In this document: one piece after another, positions 11,732 to 22,132 of the stretch
Layout: each line of letters starts with the position of its first letter
Position numbering within the stretch: the stretch's first letter is position 1
Source: a bacterium
GTDB taxonomy: Bacteria; UBA8248
Reading direction: 5' to 3'
DNA length: 64,000 nucleotides
Assembly (NCBI GenBank): GCA_965204535.1
Contig: CBDBEV010000001.1
Span: 1,152,001-1,216,000 of the forward strand
The notes under the pieces: model-generated
The model's input: the letters and a program-made list of their open reading frames with translations, nothing else
Told to the model about the DNA's origin: nothing
Database searches by the model: none
Translations under genes and position numbers: made by a program

Positions 11732-13609
11732 ATGTCACAGCAAACCAAGAGCAAAGATTTCCCCAAAGACGCTATCGCGCTGAAGATTGGCGGCGCACCC
11801 GTTGATTTGAATCGCGACCTTCCCGACGACGCCGAGCCGGAGTTCATCCTCCTCGATTCCGAGGAGGGGCTGGAGATTCTGCGCCACAGCACGGCGCACC
11901 TCATGGCCCAGGCCGTGCAGGAACTCTACCCGGGCGCGCAACTCACCATCGGCCCTCCGATCGAAAACGGGTTTTATTACGACATCGACGTCGACGTCAC
12001 GTTCACGCCCGAGGATTTGAAGAAGATCGAGGCGAGGATGAAAAAACTCGCCAAGAAGAAATACGCCATCGAGCGCGAGGACATTTCCCGCGCCTATGCG
12101 CTGGACCTGTTCGAGAAGCGGGGCGAGAGCTACAAGATAGAGATGATCCACGACCTGCCCGAGGACGAGGCGCTTTCGATCTACCGCCAGGGCGATTTCG
12201 TGGACCTGTGCCGGGGGCCGCACGTGCCCGGCACGGGCTGGCTGCGCAACTTCAAGCTCCTGAGCGTGGCGGGCGCCTACTGGCGAGGCGATGAGAAGAA
12301 CAAGATGCTCCAGCGCATCTACGGCACCGCCTTCGCGACGAAAGAAGGGCTGTCCGATCATCTGCAAATGCTCGAGGACGCGAAGAGGAGAGACCACCGC
12401 GTCATCGGCAAGCAACTCGGCATCTTCCTGGTCGATGAGGACGCCGGCGGCGGCCTGATCTATTGGCAGCCCCGCGGCACGACGGTCAAAAAGGTGATCG
12501 AGCGCTTCTGGGAGGATGAACACGTAAAACGCGGCTACCAGCTCGTCTCCATCCCCCACATCACGCGCGACGTGCTCTTCAAGACTTCGGGCCATTATGA
12601 TTTCTACCGGGAAAACATGTACGTCCTGAACATCGACGAGGATGAATACGTCCTGAAACCGATGAACTGCCCGGGCCACATCCTGATTTATCAGCAGAAG
12701 ATTCACAGCTACCGCGACCTGCCCTACCGGCTGGCGGAACTGGGCACGGTCTATCGCTACGAGCGAAGCGGCGCGCTGCACGGCATGCTCCGGGTGCGGG
12801 GCTTCACCCAGGACGACGCCCACATCTTCTGCACGCCCGAGCAGGCCGAAGACGAGGTGCTGGGCGTCATCGACCTGGCGCACTTCATGCTGAAGACATT
12901 CGGGTATGAGGATTTCGAGACCGAACTCTCGGTGCATGATAGCTCTGATTTCAGCAAGTACGCCGGCGTGATCGAGGATTGGGAGGCGGCGGAGGCCGCG
13001 CTTACCCGCGCGCTCGAGAAGCGGAGCATCCCCTACAAGCGCATCGAGGGCGAGGCGGCGTTCTACGGGCCGAAAATCGACATCAAGATGCGCGACGCCC
13101 TGGGCCGCGGCTGGCAGGGACCGACCATCCAGTTCGACTTCAACCTGCCCAAGCGCTTCGATCTCAACTACGTCGGCGCGGACGGCGCGCGCCACAAGGT
13201 CGTCATGATCCACAGAACCGTCATGGGTTCGATGGAGCGTTTCGTGGGCGGTCTGATCGAACACTACGCGGGCGCGTTTCCCTCTTGGCTCGCGCCCGAG
13301 CAGGCGCGCATCATGACGATCACCGACGATCACATCCCCTACGGCCGCGAGGTGGAGAGCAAGCTTCTCGCCGCGGGGTTCCGGGCGGAGGGGGATTTCC
13401 GAAACGAGAAGATTGGGTATAAAATAAGGGAAGCCCAGAGAGACAAGATACCGTACATGCTCATCCTCGGCGCGCGCGAGGCGGAAACGGGAGAAGTATC
13501 TCTCAGGCTTCGCGAACAAGGCGACGTGGGGTCCATCTCATTGGAGGAACTTATGCAGAGAATGCGAAGCGACATCGAGAACAAATCACTCACCGCGGGA
13601 GCGGTCTGA
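11732..13609 (+). CDS. thrS: Threonine--tRNA ligase
   Basis: RHSTAH, DLCRGPH, RDHR, KPMNCPGH, RVRGFTQDDAH, IQFDF. Start uncertain (11645 or 11732). Confidence 0.97.
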   Translation: MSQQTKSKDFPKDAIALKIGGAPVDLNRDLPDDAEPEFILLDSEEGLEILRHSTAHLMAQAVQELYPGAQLTIGPPIENGFYYDIDVDVTFTPEDLKKIEARMKKLAKKKYAIEREDISRAYALDLFEKRGESYKIEMIHDLPEDEALSIYRQGDFVDLCRGPHVPGTGWLRNFKLLSVAGAYWRGDEKNKMLQRIYGTAFATKEGLSDHLQMLEDAKRRDHRVIGKQLGIFLVDEDAGGGLIYWQPRGTTVKKVIERFWEDEHVKRGYQLVSIPHITRDVLFKTSGHYDFYRENMYVLNIDEDEYVLKPMNCPGHILIYQQKIHSYRDLPYRLAELGTVYRYERSGALHGMLRVRGFTQDDAHIFCTPEQAEDEVLGVIDLAHFMLKTFGYEDFETELSVHDSSDFSKYAGVIEDWEAAEAALTRALEKRSIPYKRIEGEAAFYGPKIDIKMRDALGRGWQGPTIQFDFNLPKRFDLNYVGADGARHKVVMIHRTVMGSMERFVGGLIEHYAGAFPSWLAPEQARIMTITDDHIPYGREVESKLLAAGFRAEGDFRNEKIGYKIREAQRDKIPYMLILGAREAETGEVSLRLREQGDVGSISLEELMQRMRSDIENKSLTAGAV

Positions 13610-13610
13610 T

Positions 13611-14342
13611 ATGGCGTCGCGCTTTAGAGGACGGGATATTCACCCGACGGCCACAGGCCCCAGAGCCAACCGGAACATCCGCGTTCCGATGGTGCGGGTC
13701 ATCGACGAGGACGGTCAGCAGCTCGGCGTACTCCCCGTGGAAGAAGCGGTGGAGGTCGCAGAGGACAGGGATCTGGATCTCGTCGAGGTATCTCCCAACG
13801 CGGACCCGCCCGTTTGCAAGATCATGGACCTGGGCCGCTACAAGTACACGCAGCAGAAAAAGGCGCAGGAAGCCAAGAAGAAACAGCGTGTGGTGGAGGT
13901 GAAAGAGGTCAAGCTTCGCATCAAGATTGAAGAGCATGACTACGCGATCAAGAGAAGACACGCGGAGCGGTTTTTGAACGACGGCAACAAGGCGAAGGTC
14001 ACCATCATGTTTCGCGGTCGCGAGGTGACGCACCCCGACCTGGGAAGGAAACTGCTGGAAAGAATGGCGAACGAACTCATCGAAATCGGCACGGTGGAGC
14101 AGTTCCCCAATCTCGAGGGCCGCAACATGACGATGGTTATCGCGCCGAAATCGACAAAACCGCCCAAAAAGGATACAACGCCCCGGAAGAAATCGGGCAG
14201 AAAAGCGGATGACGTCTCCACGGACGACGGGAAATTGACGGCTCCCCTGGCGGAGGCGCTCAAGGAGGCGGACATTCAAATCAGCCCGGCTGAAGGGGCG
14301 GATGAGAGGAAACCCGAAGGAGAAATGAAAGAAGATGCCTAA
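13611..14342 (+). CDS. infC: Translation initiation factor IF-3 with C-terminal extension
   Basis: [35 protein letters not shown]; thrS-infC-rpmI synteny. Confidence 0.95.
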   Translation: MASRFRGRDIHPTATGPRANRNIRVPMVRVIDEDGQQLGVLPVEEAVEVAEDRDLDLVEVSPNADPPVCKIMDLGRYKYTQQKKAQEAKKKQRVVEVKEVKLRIKIEEHDYAIKRRHAERFLNDGNKAKVTIMFRGREVTHPDLGRKLLERMANELIEIGTVEQFPNLEGRNMTMVIAPKSTKPPKKDTTPRKKSGRKADDVSTDDGKLTAPLAEALKEADIQISPAEGADERKPEGEMKEDA

Positions 14343-14532
14343 GATGAAGACGAACCGAGGAGCGGCCAAGCGTTTTAAGGTAACGGCCACGGGCAAGGTG
14401 AAGCGGAACCGCTCCCATCACCGTCATATCCTGACGAAGAAGACGACGAAAAGAAAAAGAGAACTCCGCCACAGCGTCATCGCGAATCCCACGGACGCGA
14501 AGATGATCAAGCGACTGATACCTTATATGTAG
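14335..14532 (+). CDS. rpmI: 50S ribosomal protein L35
   Basis: [21 protein letters not shown]...HILTKK. Confidence 0.97.
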   Translation: MPKMKTNRGAAKRFKVTATGKVKRNRSHHRHILTKKTTKRKRELRHSVIANPTDAKMIKRLIPYM

Positions 14533-14608
14533 CCTTTCGCGGAAATGGTGATGGTTTCGCCCCGGGCGTGCGGACGAGCCCGCGACGTCATTTTGCCGGA
14601 GCAAAAAG

Positions 14609-14758
14609 ATGAGCAATCCGGTGGGCCAGTTGAATGACTTCATCAAGTCGATCTTGGGCGGGGTCGGGTCATTCGTAGGTGAATATCCATACGCTGCAGG
14701 GGCAGTCCTTTTCCTGGCCATAATACTGAGACGCACCATCAAGCGCGCCCGAAGGTAG
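14609..14758 (+). CDS. Putative 49-aa single-pass membrane micro-protein
   Basis: MSNPVGQLNDFIKSILGGVGSFVGEYPYAAGAVLFLAIILRRTIKRARR; GGAG 7 nt before ATG; hydrophobic helix followed by a basic tail. Below the ORF-track cutoff. Confidence 0.5.
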   Translation: MSNPVGQLNDFIKSILGGVGSFVGEYPYAAGAVLFLAIILRRTIKRARR

Positions 14759-14901
14759 AGCGCCCTTTTTCTGGCGCCTCGGGCTTGCGGTCATCCGGCT
14801 GGGCGGGTATATTCCCCCGGTCGGTGGCGCGAGTTCGAGGTAATTCGAGGCGGCCTCCGAGGGAATGGAATAAAATCATCGATTGAGGGAGTATCCGAGT
14901 C

Positions 14902-15258
14902 ATGCCGCGTTCGAGAGGAAATCCGGCTGCCAGGGAACGGCATCGCAGGCTTCTAAAGGAAGCGAAGGGCTATCGCGGTGCGCGCTCGAAGAGGTTCCGC
15001 TCCGCGCGGGAGACCGTGCATCGCGCGCGCGCCTATGCCTATCGTGACCGCCGGGTGCGCAAGCGCGAGTTCAGGCGTCTTTGGAATGTTCGCATCAATG
15101 CGGCGGCCCGGCTGCACGGCCTCAATTACAGCCGTTTCATCTGGGGGCTGGGTCAGGCGGGTGTGGAGGTGAACCGCAAGATTCTGGCCGAATTGGCGAT
15201 AGAGGACCCCCAGGCATTCGGCAAACTCGTGGAAATCGCCAAGGCGCAGGCTGCCTAG
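14902..15258 (+). CDS. rplT: 50S ribosomal protein L20
   Basis: AKGYRGARS...[23 protein letters not shown]. Confidence 0.97.
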   Translation: MPRSRGNPAARERHRRLLKEAKGYRGARSKRFRSARETVHRARAYAYRDRRVRKREFRRLWNVRINAAARLHGLNYSRFIWGLGQAGVEVNRKILAELAIEDPQAFGKLVEIAKAQAA

Positions 15259-15281
15259 AGCCGGGCGAGAAAAGGTGCTTC

Positions 15282-15312
15282 AGGCTCCACCCTGCCGGGT
15301 GGAGCCTTTTTT
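15282..15312 (+). terminator. Rho-independent terminator after rplT
   Basis: AGGCTCCACCC-TGCC-GGGTGGAGCCT followed by a T run. Confidence 0.8.
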
Positions 15313-15350
15313 ATGCGGCCCCCCGAATGAGTGGGGATGAAGGAACGAGC

Positions 15351-16463
15351 ATGAGCGAAGATTTGCTTGTCGCCATTATCCGTGAATCCTCCAGCGCGTT
15401 GTCGGACGCCTGGGTAGCGCGCGACGCCGGGGCGGCCGAGGGAGTGCGCATTCGCTACCTGGGCCGCAAGGGTGGTGAACTCAACGAGGTGATGCGGGGA
15501 CTCAAGGATTTGTCCGCCGATGAGAAGCGCATCGTCGGCCCGCTGGCCAACTCGGTTCGCACCTACATCGAGGCGAGCGTTTCGGCCATCAAGGAAGATG
15601 ACAGGGATAAGATAATCGAAGCGCATCGCGCCCTCGGCGCGCGCCTGAGAAGCAGGGAAGAAGGCGGCGCGTTGGGCGAGATGATCGAGCAAAGGGGGAG
15701 CGAGATTCTCGCCGCCGGGGATGCCGCCGACACATCGCGCTCGCGGCTTGATCTCACGATTCCCGGCCGCGCGCCGCTCATCGGCCACGAGCACCCGCTC
15801 GTGCAGACGATGGAGGATTTGATCGAGGTGCTCACGCGCCTGGGCTATTCCGTGGCCGAAGGCCCCGAAGCGGAACTCGATTACTACAACTTCGAGGCCC
15901 TGAACATCCCCAAGGACCATCCCGCGCGCGACATGCAGGATACGTTTTATCTCGCTGGCGACGCTCTTTTGCGCACGCACACCTCGCCCGTCCAGATTCG
16001 GGTGATGGAGAGCCAGCCGCCCCCCGTCAAGGTCATCGCGCCCGGCAAGGTGTTCCGCTGCGATGCGGACGTAACCCATTCGCCCATGTTCCACCAGATC
16101 GAGGGCCTCTATGTGGATGAGGGCGTGACGTTCGCCGATCTGAAAGGAACCCTGGAAGCCTTCGTGCGCGAAATCTTCGGACCCGAGTACCGCGTGCGGC
16201 TGAGACCCAGCTTCTTCCCGTTCACCGAGCCGAGCGTCGAGGTGGACATCGCCAGCGATTATGTGGCCGGTGGGGAGTGGATGGAGGTTTTGGGCGCAGG
16301 CATGGTGGACCCGGCGGTCTTCGAGGCGGTGGGATACGACCCCGAGCGATGGACCGGGTTCGCCTGGGGCCTGGGCGTGGAGCGCATCACCATGCTGCGT
16401 TACGGCATCAGCGATATTCGTCTTTTCTTTGAAAACGACTTGAGAATGCTGCGGCAATTTTGA
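15351..16463 (+). CDS. pheS: Phenylalanine--tRNA ligase alpha subunit
   Basis: NFEALNIPKDHPARDMQDTFY, LRTHTSPVQ, THSPMFHQIEG, FPFTEPS; start taken as MSEDLL at 15351. Confidence 0.97.
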   Translation: MSEDLLVAIIRESSSALSDAWVARDAGAAEGVRIRYLGRKGGELNEVMRGLKDLSADEKRIVGPLANSVRTYIEASVSAIKEDDRDKIIEAHRALGARLRSREEGGALGEMIEQRGSEILAAGDAADTSRSRLDLTIPGRAPLIGHEHPLVQTMEDLIEVLTRLGYSVAEGPEAELDYYNFEALNIPKDHPARDMQDTFYLAGDALLRTHTSPVQIRVMESQPPPVKVIAPGKVFRCDADVTHSPMFHQIEGLYVDEGVTFADLKGTLEAFVREIFGPEYRVRLRPSFFPFTEPSVEVDIASDYVAGGEWMEVLGAGMVDPAVFEAVGYDPERWTGFAWGLGVERITMLRYGISDIRLFFENDLRMLRQF

Positions 16464-16496
16464 GTGGAAGCATTAGAAGCGCGATGAGGAACCCCG

Positions 16497-18908
16497 ATGC
16501 GGATTAGCCTGGAGTGGCTCGCCGATTTTATTGATTTGGACTTAGAAGACCCCGAACTGCCCGAACGCTTGGCGAACGGGCTTTTGCTCGCGGGTCTGGA
16601 GGTCGAGGCGCTCAAGCGGCCCGAGGGGTCATTCGACGGGTTGGTGGTGGCCGAGGTCTTGTCCGTGGAGCCTCATCCCAACGCGGACAGGCTCAAACTC
16701 TGCCGTGTCGCCGATGGAGCGGGGGAGCGCTCCGTGGTGTGCGGTGCGCCCAACGTCGAAACCGGGCGGCGCGTCGTCCTGGCAAAGCCCGGGGTGCGGA
16801 TGCCGGGGGGGATGAAGGTCGAAGTCGCGCGGATCCGCGGGGAACAGAGTGAGGGGATGATCTGCTCGGAGCGCGAACTCGGCTTGGGCACGGATCACAG
16901 CGGCATCATGGTGCTCTCGGGCGCGCCCGCAGTCGGCAGCGACGTTGCGGAGCTTTTGGGCCTTAACGATGTGATTTTCGACATTTCGATTACGCCGAAC
17001 CGCGCGGATTGCCTCTCCGTTCTGGGCGTGGCGCGCGAGGCGGCGGCCCTTCTGGGAACCTCGCTCAGAGCGCCCGGGATCTCCGTCAAAGAGGATGAGA
17101 ATACATCCGCCGCTTCGGTCTGCGGGGTGGAGATATGGGATCCGGATAAATGTCCGCGCTATGCCGCACGCATCATCCAGGGGGCCGAGACCGGCCCCTC
17201 GCCCGGTTGGATGGCGCGGCGCTTGAGAGCGGCAGGGATGCGGCCGATCAACAATGTGGTCGACGTGACGAACTATGTGATGCTCTCGCTCGGCCAGCCG
17301 CTCCACGCGTTCGACTTACACCGCCTCGCCGAGCACAAAATCATCGTGAGAAGGTGGGCCGAGAGCGACGGCCCCTTCACTACGCTCGACGGACAGCAGC
17401 GCGCGATGGACGATGAGGACCTCATGATTTGCGACGGTGAAAAACCCGTCGCCATCGGCGGCGTGATGGGGGGTCTCTTCTCCGAGGTGAGCGACGACAC
17501 CCGTGACATTCTTTTGGAGAGCGCTTATTTCACGCCCCAGACCATCCGGCGCACCCGCAGGCGTCTGGGGATGTCGACGGAGGCGTCGTATCGCTTCGAA
17601 CGGGGAGTGGACCCCTCGGGCACCGTTCGCGCGGCGGATTTGGCCGCCGAACTTATCCGCCAGACGGCGGGCGGCGCCGTCGCCCAGGGGGTCGTGGATG
17701 CGCATCCCGCGCCCATCGCGCCGAAACAGGTGCCGATTCGGGTGGCGCGCGCATCGAGTCTGCTCGGCGTATTCCTGGACGCCCCCCGGGTGAGGGAGAG
17801 CCTCGAATCCCTGGGGTTGCTCGTGAGCGATGAGGAAGACGGCGTTTTCAGCGTCGAGGTTCCGACTTTCAGGCCCGACATCGAACGCGAGATCGACCTC
17901 ATCGAAGAGGTGGGCAGAAGAGTGGGCTACGAGAACATTCCCGCCACCCTTCCTGCTTCGGGAAACCCCGCAGCGAGGCCGACGCGCGCCCGATCCCTGG
18001 AGCTTCAGGCGCGCCGGATCATGGTGGCCGGCGGGTTCAGCGAGGCGCTCAACTACAGTTTCGTGAGTAGAGAGGCTCTTAAGAGCATGGGGTGGCTGGA
18101 CGAGCAGATGGTGGCGCTGCGCAATCCCCTGAGCGGTGAGATGGACGTGCTCAGAACCACTCTGCTTGCCGGTTTGCTGGCGAACGTGGCGCACAACCTG
18201 AGCCGGGGAGTGAGCGAGATTCGCCTGTTCGAGTTGGGACGCTCGTTTCATCCCGTGGATGGAGAAGCCTTGCCGGAGCAGGTGCAGCGCGCGGCCGGCG
18301 TCGTCGTCGGGAGCGCGGCGTCTCAAGACGGCGTCTCGCTCCCTGGAGCTTTGTCGGAACTCAAAGGGGTGCTCGAGCGCTTCCTGGAATCATTGGGGCT
18401 GGAGAACCTCCTGTTCGAGCCGGTGGACGCCGCTCTGGGTTGGGAGCCGTCGGCGGCCTCCCGGGTTCTCGTCGGCGAGGCGGCGCTCGGCCACGTCGGT
18501 TTGGCGGCGCCCGAGGTGTTGGGTGTCTGGGATATCGAGATGGGCGTGGCCGCTTTCGAAATAAACCTCGCTGCTTTGGCCGGGATGGAACCTGCTCCTC
18601 GCCGCCTGACGCCCCTGCCGAGGTACCCGGCCTCGCTGCGCGATCTGGCGGTGGTGGTGGATGCCGCGCGGACCAATCGGGAGATCGAGGAGAGCATCCG
18701 TCAGTCGGGTGGAGACTGGCTGGAGTCGGTGGATTTGTTCGACGTCTATCAGGATGCCGCACTCGAGACCTCAGGGGAGAAGAGCCTGGCGTATTCGCTG
18801 GTGTTCCGACATCCCGAGGCCACCCTCACCGATGAGCAGGTCAACGAGGCGTTCGATGGAATCGTCGGGGCGTTGGGCGCGCGTCTGGGCGCGCGGCTTC
18901 GCTCGTGA
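16497..18908 (+). CDS. pheT: Phenylalanine--tRNA ligase beta subunit
   Basis: HPNADRL, VVCGAPNV, ITPNRADCLS, RFERGVDP, FDX-ACB C-terminus. Confidence 0.97.
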   Translation: MRISLEWLADFIDLDLEDPELPERLANGLLLAGLEVEALKRPEGSFDGLVVAEVLSVEPHPNADRLKLCRVADGAGERSVVCGAPNVETGRRVVLAKPGVRMPGGMKVEVARIRGEQSEGMICSERELGLGTDHSGIMVLSGAPAVGSDVAELLGLNDVIFDISITPNRADCLSVLGVAREAAALLGTSLRAPGISVKEDENTSAASVCGVEIWDPDKCPRYAARIIQGAETGPSPGWMARRLRAAGMRPINNVVDVTNYVMLSLGQPLHAFDLHRLAEHKIIVRRWAESDGPFTTLDGQQRAMDDEDLMICDGEKPVAIGGVMGGLFSEVSDDTRDILLESAYFTPQTIRRTRRRLGMSTEASYRFERGVDPSGTVRAADLAAELIRQTAGGAVAQGVVDAHPAPIAPKQVPIRVARASSLLGVFLDAPRVRESLESLGLLVSDEEDGVFSVEVPTFRPDIEREIDLIEEVGRRVGYENIPATLPASGNPAARPTRARSLELQARRIMVAGGFSEALNYSFVSREALKSMGWLDEQMVALRNPLSGEMDVLRTTLLAGLLANVAHNLSRGVSEIRLFELGRSFHPVDGEALPEQVQRAAGVVVGSAASQDGVSLPGALSELKGVLERFLESLGLENLLFEPVDAALGWEPSAASRVLVGEAALGHVGLAAPEVLGVWDIEMGVAAFEINLAALAGMEPAPRRLTPLPRYPASLRDLAVVVDAARTNREIEESIRQSGGDWLESVDLFDVYQDAALETSGEKSLAYSLVFRHPEATLTDEQVNEAFDGIVGALGARLGARLRS

Positions 18909-18916
18909 TGGTTTCC

Positions 18917-18945
18917 TTGACACCGCATTCCCCCGAACCTAGAAT
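18917..18945 (+). promoter_or_regulatory. Sigma70-like promoter upstream of zapB-like/zapA
   Basis: TTGACA-N17-TAGAAT. Confidence 0.7.
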
Positions 18946-19004
18946 TATCCCCAAGCATTGCGGAACTCATTTTCGTGTCTTGCGCCCGTGGAAAGATTGT
19001 CCGA

Positions 19005-19259
19005 ATGGTCATTGATAAGTTAAATGCGCTTGAAACCGCGCTCTCGAATCTTTTGGAAGAACGTAATTCCCTCAGGCGCTCCCGGGCGGAGTTGGAGTCG
19101 CAACTCCAGAGGATGAGAGAGGAGGCCCGCGCCGATTCGGAATCCGTGCGCGCCCAGGCCGACGAGTTGGCGAAATGCCAGGCGGAAAACACGCGGCTTC
19201 AAGAAGAGCAAGCCGAGATTCGGGAGCGTGTGGAGAAGATTCTGACGCACATCGAGTAG
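19005..19259 (+). CDS. ZapB-like coiled-coil cell division protein
   Basis: Heptad coiled-coil ending IRERVEKILTHIE, located between pheT and zapA. Confidence 0.65.
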   Translation: MVIDKLNALETALSNLLEERNSLRRSRAELESQLQRMREEARADSESVRAQADELAKCQAENTRLQEEQAEIRERVEKILTHIE

Positions 19260-19301
19260 TTCGTCGAAAGCATGCAATACTAGGGCATAAGGAGACAGCT
19301 T

Positions 19302-19580
19302 ATGGCCGGGGGGAATAAATTCGTGGTGGAGATTTTTGGTCATTCCCTGAACCTGAGAAGTTCAGCCGACTCGGAATATACATTGCAGCTCGCCGAGTAT
19401 GTAGATTCTCAAATTCACAAGGTCTCACGCCAGTCGAACGATCCGATAAAGGTCGTTCTGCTGGCTTCGATGAACATCGCCAACGAGTTGTTCGAGGAGA
19501 GGGAAGCGAAAGAAAAAAATGAGGAAACCCTCTCCCAACGCGCTGATTCTCTGTTGGAGATGGTGAGAAAAGCGGGCTGA
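19302..19580 (+). CDS. zapA: Cell division protein ZapA
   Basis: VEIFG...LAEYVD...VVLLASMNIANEL; precedes 6S RNA. Confidence 0.85.
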   Translation: MAGGNKFVVEIFGHSLNLRSSADSEYTLQLAEYVDSQIHKVSRQSNDPIKVVLLASMNIANELFEEREAKEKNEETLSQRADSLLEMVRKAG

Positions 19581-19655
19581 CCAGTCGTTTTCTCCACGCA
19601 GTAGCTTCTTCCTGTATTCATCCCCAAGTTTTAGTGTCATAATGCTTCTTTGCTT

Positions 19656-19835
19656 TGACCCTGCCGTGTTCGTGATGGGGGAAAGCATTTTGACCCAGTA
19701 CTATTGTACCGGGAGTCCTGACCCAGGGTGGTGAGCTATTCCTCTCGGGGAGTTCAGCCTAAAGCCATGGACGTGGACGCCCACCTGGCGAAAGCTGGGT
19801 TCAAAGCGAACCTCACACGGCACAAGGCGGGGTCA
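19656..19835 (+). ncRNA. ssrS: 6S RNA
   Basis: About 180 nt whose ends pair (TGACCCTGCCGTGT / ACACGGCA...GGCGGGGTCA), inner TGACCCAG/CTGGGTTCA pairing, and the conserved position between zapA and the 5-formyl-THF cyclo-ligase gene. Confidence 0.85.
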
Positions 19836-19914
19836 TTACTAACATGGACCTCGAGTCTGGTTGAGAGATTTCCGCTCCTGTTCATGAAGACTCGGGTGTG
19901 GTGAAAGAGGATTC

Positions 19915-20532
19915 ATGGCCGAATCAGACATGGAGAAACGCGACGTTCGGCTGAAGATGAAGGAGATGAGAGCACAATTCCCCCCTGCCGAGGCCGGTGT
20001 GTTGAGCCGCCTGGCGGGACGGCGCCTGGATGCTTTTCTGGTTTTCATGGGCGCGTGCAGGGTGGGGATATATGCGGCGGTTCGCGGTGAGATGGACTTC
20101 TCGTCGCTCTGGAGTGAAGGCAGCGATGCGAAAAGGACATATTGCTTCCCCCGGGTGGGGAAAGATGTTTTGCACTTCTGTCCGGTGAATCATCCCGAAG
20201 AGGAACTTCAGCCGGGCACGCTTCGAATTCCAGAACCTGTTCGCGATATTCCACCCCTGACCCTGAATGAACTCGATGTGGTCGTGACCCCCGGCCTTGC
20301 GTTCGATCTGTACGGCGGTCGGCTGGGAACCGGCGGGGGGTTCTACGATCGCACGTTGCAGGGGCGCCGCGGCGGCCAGGAGCGGTCCGGCCCTCTTCTG
20401 GTGGGCGCTTGTTATGCGTTTCAGTTGCTCGTCGGTGAATCCTGGAAGCGCGATGTCTGGGATGTCGGCGTTGATTGGGTGATAACCGAGCGGGGGGCGC
20501 TGCGTTGCCTCCCACGTGAATATATGCCCTAG
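19915..20532 (+). CDS. 5-formyltetrahydrofolate cyclo-ligase
   Basis: FPRV, IPEP, PGLAFD..GGRLGTGGGFYDR, DVGVDWVITE. Confidence 0.9.
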   Translation: MAESDMEKRDVRLKMKEMRAQFPPAEAGVLSRLAGRRLDAFLVFMGACRVGIYAAVRGEMDFSSLWSEGSDAKRTYCFPRVGKDVLHFCPVNHPEEELQPGTLRIPEPVRDIPPLTLNELDVVVTPGLAFDLYGGRLGTGGGFYDRTLQGRRGGQERSGPLLVGACYAFQLLVGESWKRDVWDVGVDWVITERGALRCLPREYMP

Positions 20533-20541
20533 GAGGCGAAT

Positions 20542-22125
20542 ATGGATAACGTGGTTTTGTTGCAAATGGTCGTTGTTGCAGTCGCCCTCGTGTGTGTGGC
20601 GTTGTTGTTGATCATGCGGCAGATGAAGCGCCGGCATGAAGAGACGGTGGCCCGTCAGGAGGCGGACGCCGATAAGCGGGTTCAGCAGATCAACGAGAAC
20701 GCGGCCAAGGAACTCGCGCAGAAGATTCAGGAATCGCAGGTCGCGCACAAGGCGGAATTGCTGCAGGAAAGAGAGCGCATCGAGCGGGAGAACAAATCCC
20801 GCGTGGATGAGCTTCAAAAGCTCGAACAAAGGGTGAACCAGCGCGAAGAAATGCTGGACAGGCGACGTGAGAGCCTCGACGGCAAGGAGGCGGCGGTCGA
20901 GCGCCGCGAGACAGAATTGAGCGTAAAGGAACAGGATCTGAAGCGCGAGGAGGCGCGCTACAAGCAACTCCAGGAAGAAGAAATCAGAAAGCTCGAGGAA
21001 ATTTCGGGCCTCAGCGTCGAGAACGCGAAGCAAGAACTCAAGGATCGCTTCATGGAGGAGGCGAAACAGGACATCGCCGCCGAGGTCCAGCGTCTCGAGC
21101 GCCGGGCCAGGAGCACCATGGAAGCCGATGCGAGACAGGCGCTCGCCCTGGCCGTGGAGCGCTTCTCCTCCGAACACGTCGCGGAAAATCTGGTGAGTGT
21201 GGTGGATTTGCCGACCGATGAGATGAAAGGCCGCATCATCGGCCGCGAGGGACGGAACATACGCGCCCTCGAGATGGCGACCGGCGTGGACGTGATCATC
21301 GACGATACGCCCGAGGCCGTCGTCGTCTCGGGTTTCGACAAGGTCCGCCGCGAGACGGCGCGCCTGGCGCTCGAAGCGCTCGTGCAGGACGGGAGAATCC
21401 ACCCGGGCCGAATCGAGGACATCGTCAACAAGACCAAAAAAGACATCGATTCCCAGATACGGCAGGCGGGCGAGGAGGCCGTGATGGAACTCGGAGTCGG
21501 CGACGTGCATCCCGAACTCGTGAACATGCTGGGGCGGCTCAGATACCGCACGAGCTACAGCCAGAACGCGCTCATGCACTCCAAGGAGGTGGCCTATCTC
21601 GCCGGGATGCTGGCGGATGAGTTGCGCATTGACCCCACGATGGCGAAGCGCGCCGGCTTGTTTCACGATATCGGCAAGGCGGCGACACACGAGGTCGAGG
21701 GCTCTCACGTCCAGATAGGCTACGACATCGCCAAGCGCTACAACGAGCCGTCCGAGGTCTTGAACGCCATCGTCTCCCACCATGAGGACGAGGAGGCGAA
21801 TTGCATCGAATCCGTCCTGGTGAAGGCGGCCGATACGCTTTCCGCCGCCCGGCCGGGGGCGAGGCGCGAGATGGTGGAAAGCTACATCAAGCGCCTCGAA
21901 GCGCTCGAGAAAATCGCCGAATCCTTCAATGGCGTGGAGAAGTGTTTCGCCATTCAGGCGGGACGGGAGATTCGCGTGTCGGTCTTGCCCGATGAGGTCA
22001 CCGATTCGCAGGCCACGTTCCTGGCGCGGGACATCGCCAAGAGAATCGAAAGCGAACGCACGTATCCGGGCGAGATTCTCGTCACCGTCATTCGTGAAAC
22101 CCGCCACGTGGCCACGGCGCGCTGA
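20542..22125 (+). CDS. rny: Ribonuclease Y
   Basis: N-terminal TM, coiled coil, KH domain ([13 protein letters not shown]), HD domain (HDIGKA). Confidence 0.97.
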   Translation: MDNVVLLQMVVVAVALVCVALLLIMRQMKRRHEETVARQEADADKRVQQINENAAKELAQKIQESQVAHKAELLQERERIERENKSRVDELQKLEQRVNQREEMLDRRRESLDGKEAAVERRETELSVKEQDLKREEARYKQLQEEEIRKLEEISGLSVENAKQELKDRFMEEAKQDIAAEVQRLERRARSTMEADARQALALAVERFSSEHVAENLVSVVDLPTDEMKGRIIGREGRNIRALEMATGVDVIIDDTPEAVVVSGFDKVRRETARLALEALVQDGRIHPGRIEDIVNKTKKDIDSQIRQAGEEAVMELGVGDVHPELVNMLGRLRYRTSYSQNALMHSKEVAYLAGMLADELRIDPTMAKRAGLFHDIGKAATHEVEGSHVQIGYDIAKRYNEPSEVLNAIVSHHEDEEANCIESVLVKAADTLSAARPGARREMVESYIKRLEALEKIAESFNGVEKCFAIQAGREIRVSVLPDEVTDSQATFLARDIAKRIESERTYPGEILVTVIRETRHVATAR

Positions 22126-22132
22126 GGTAGTC

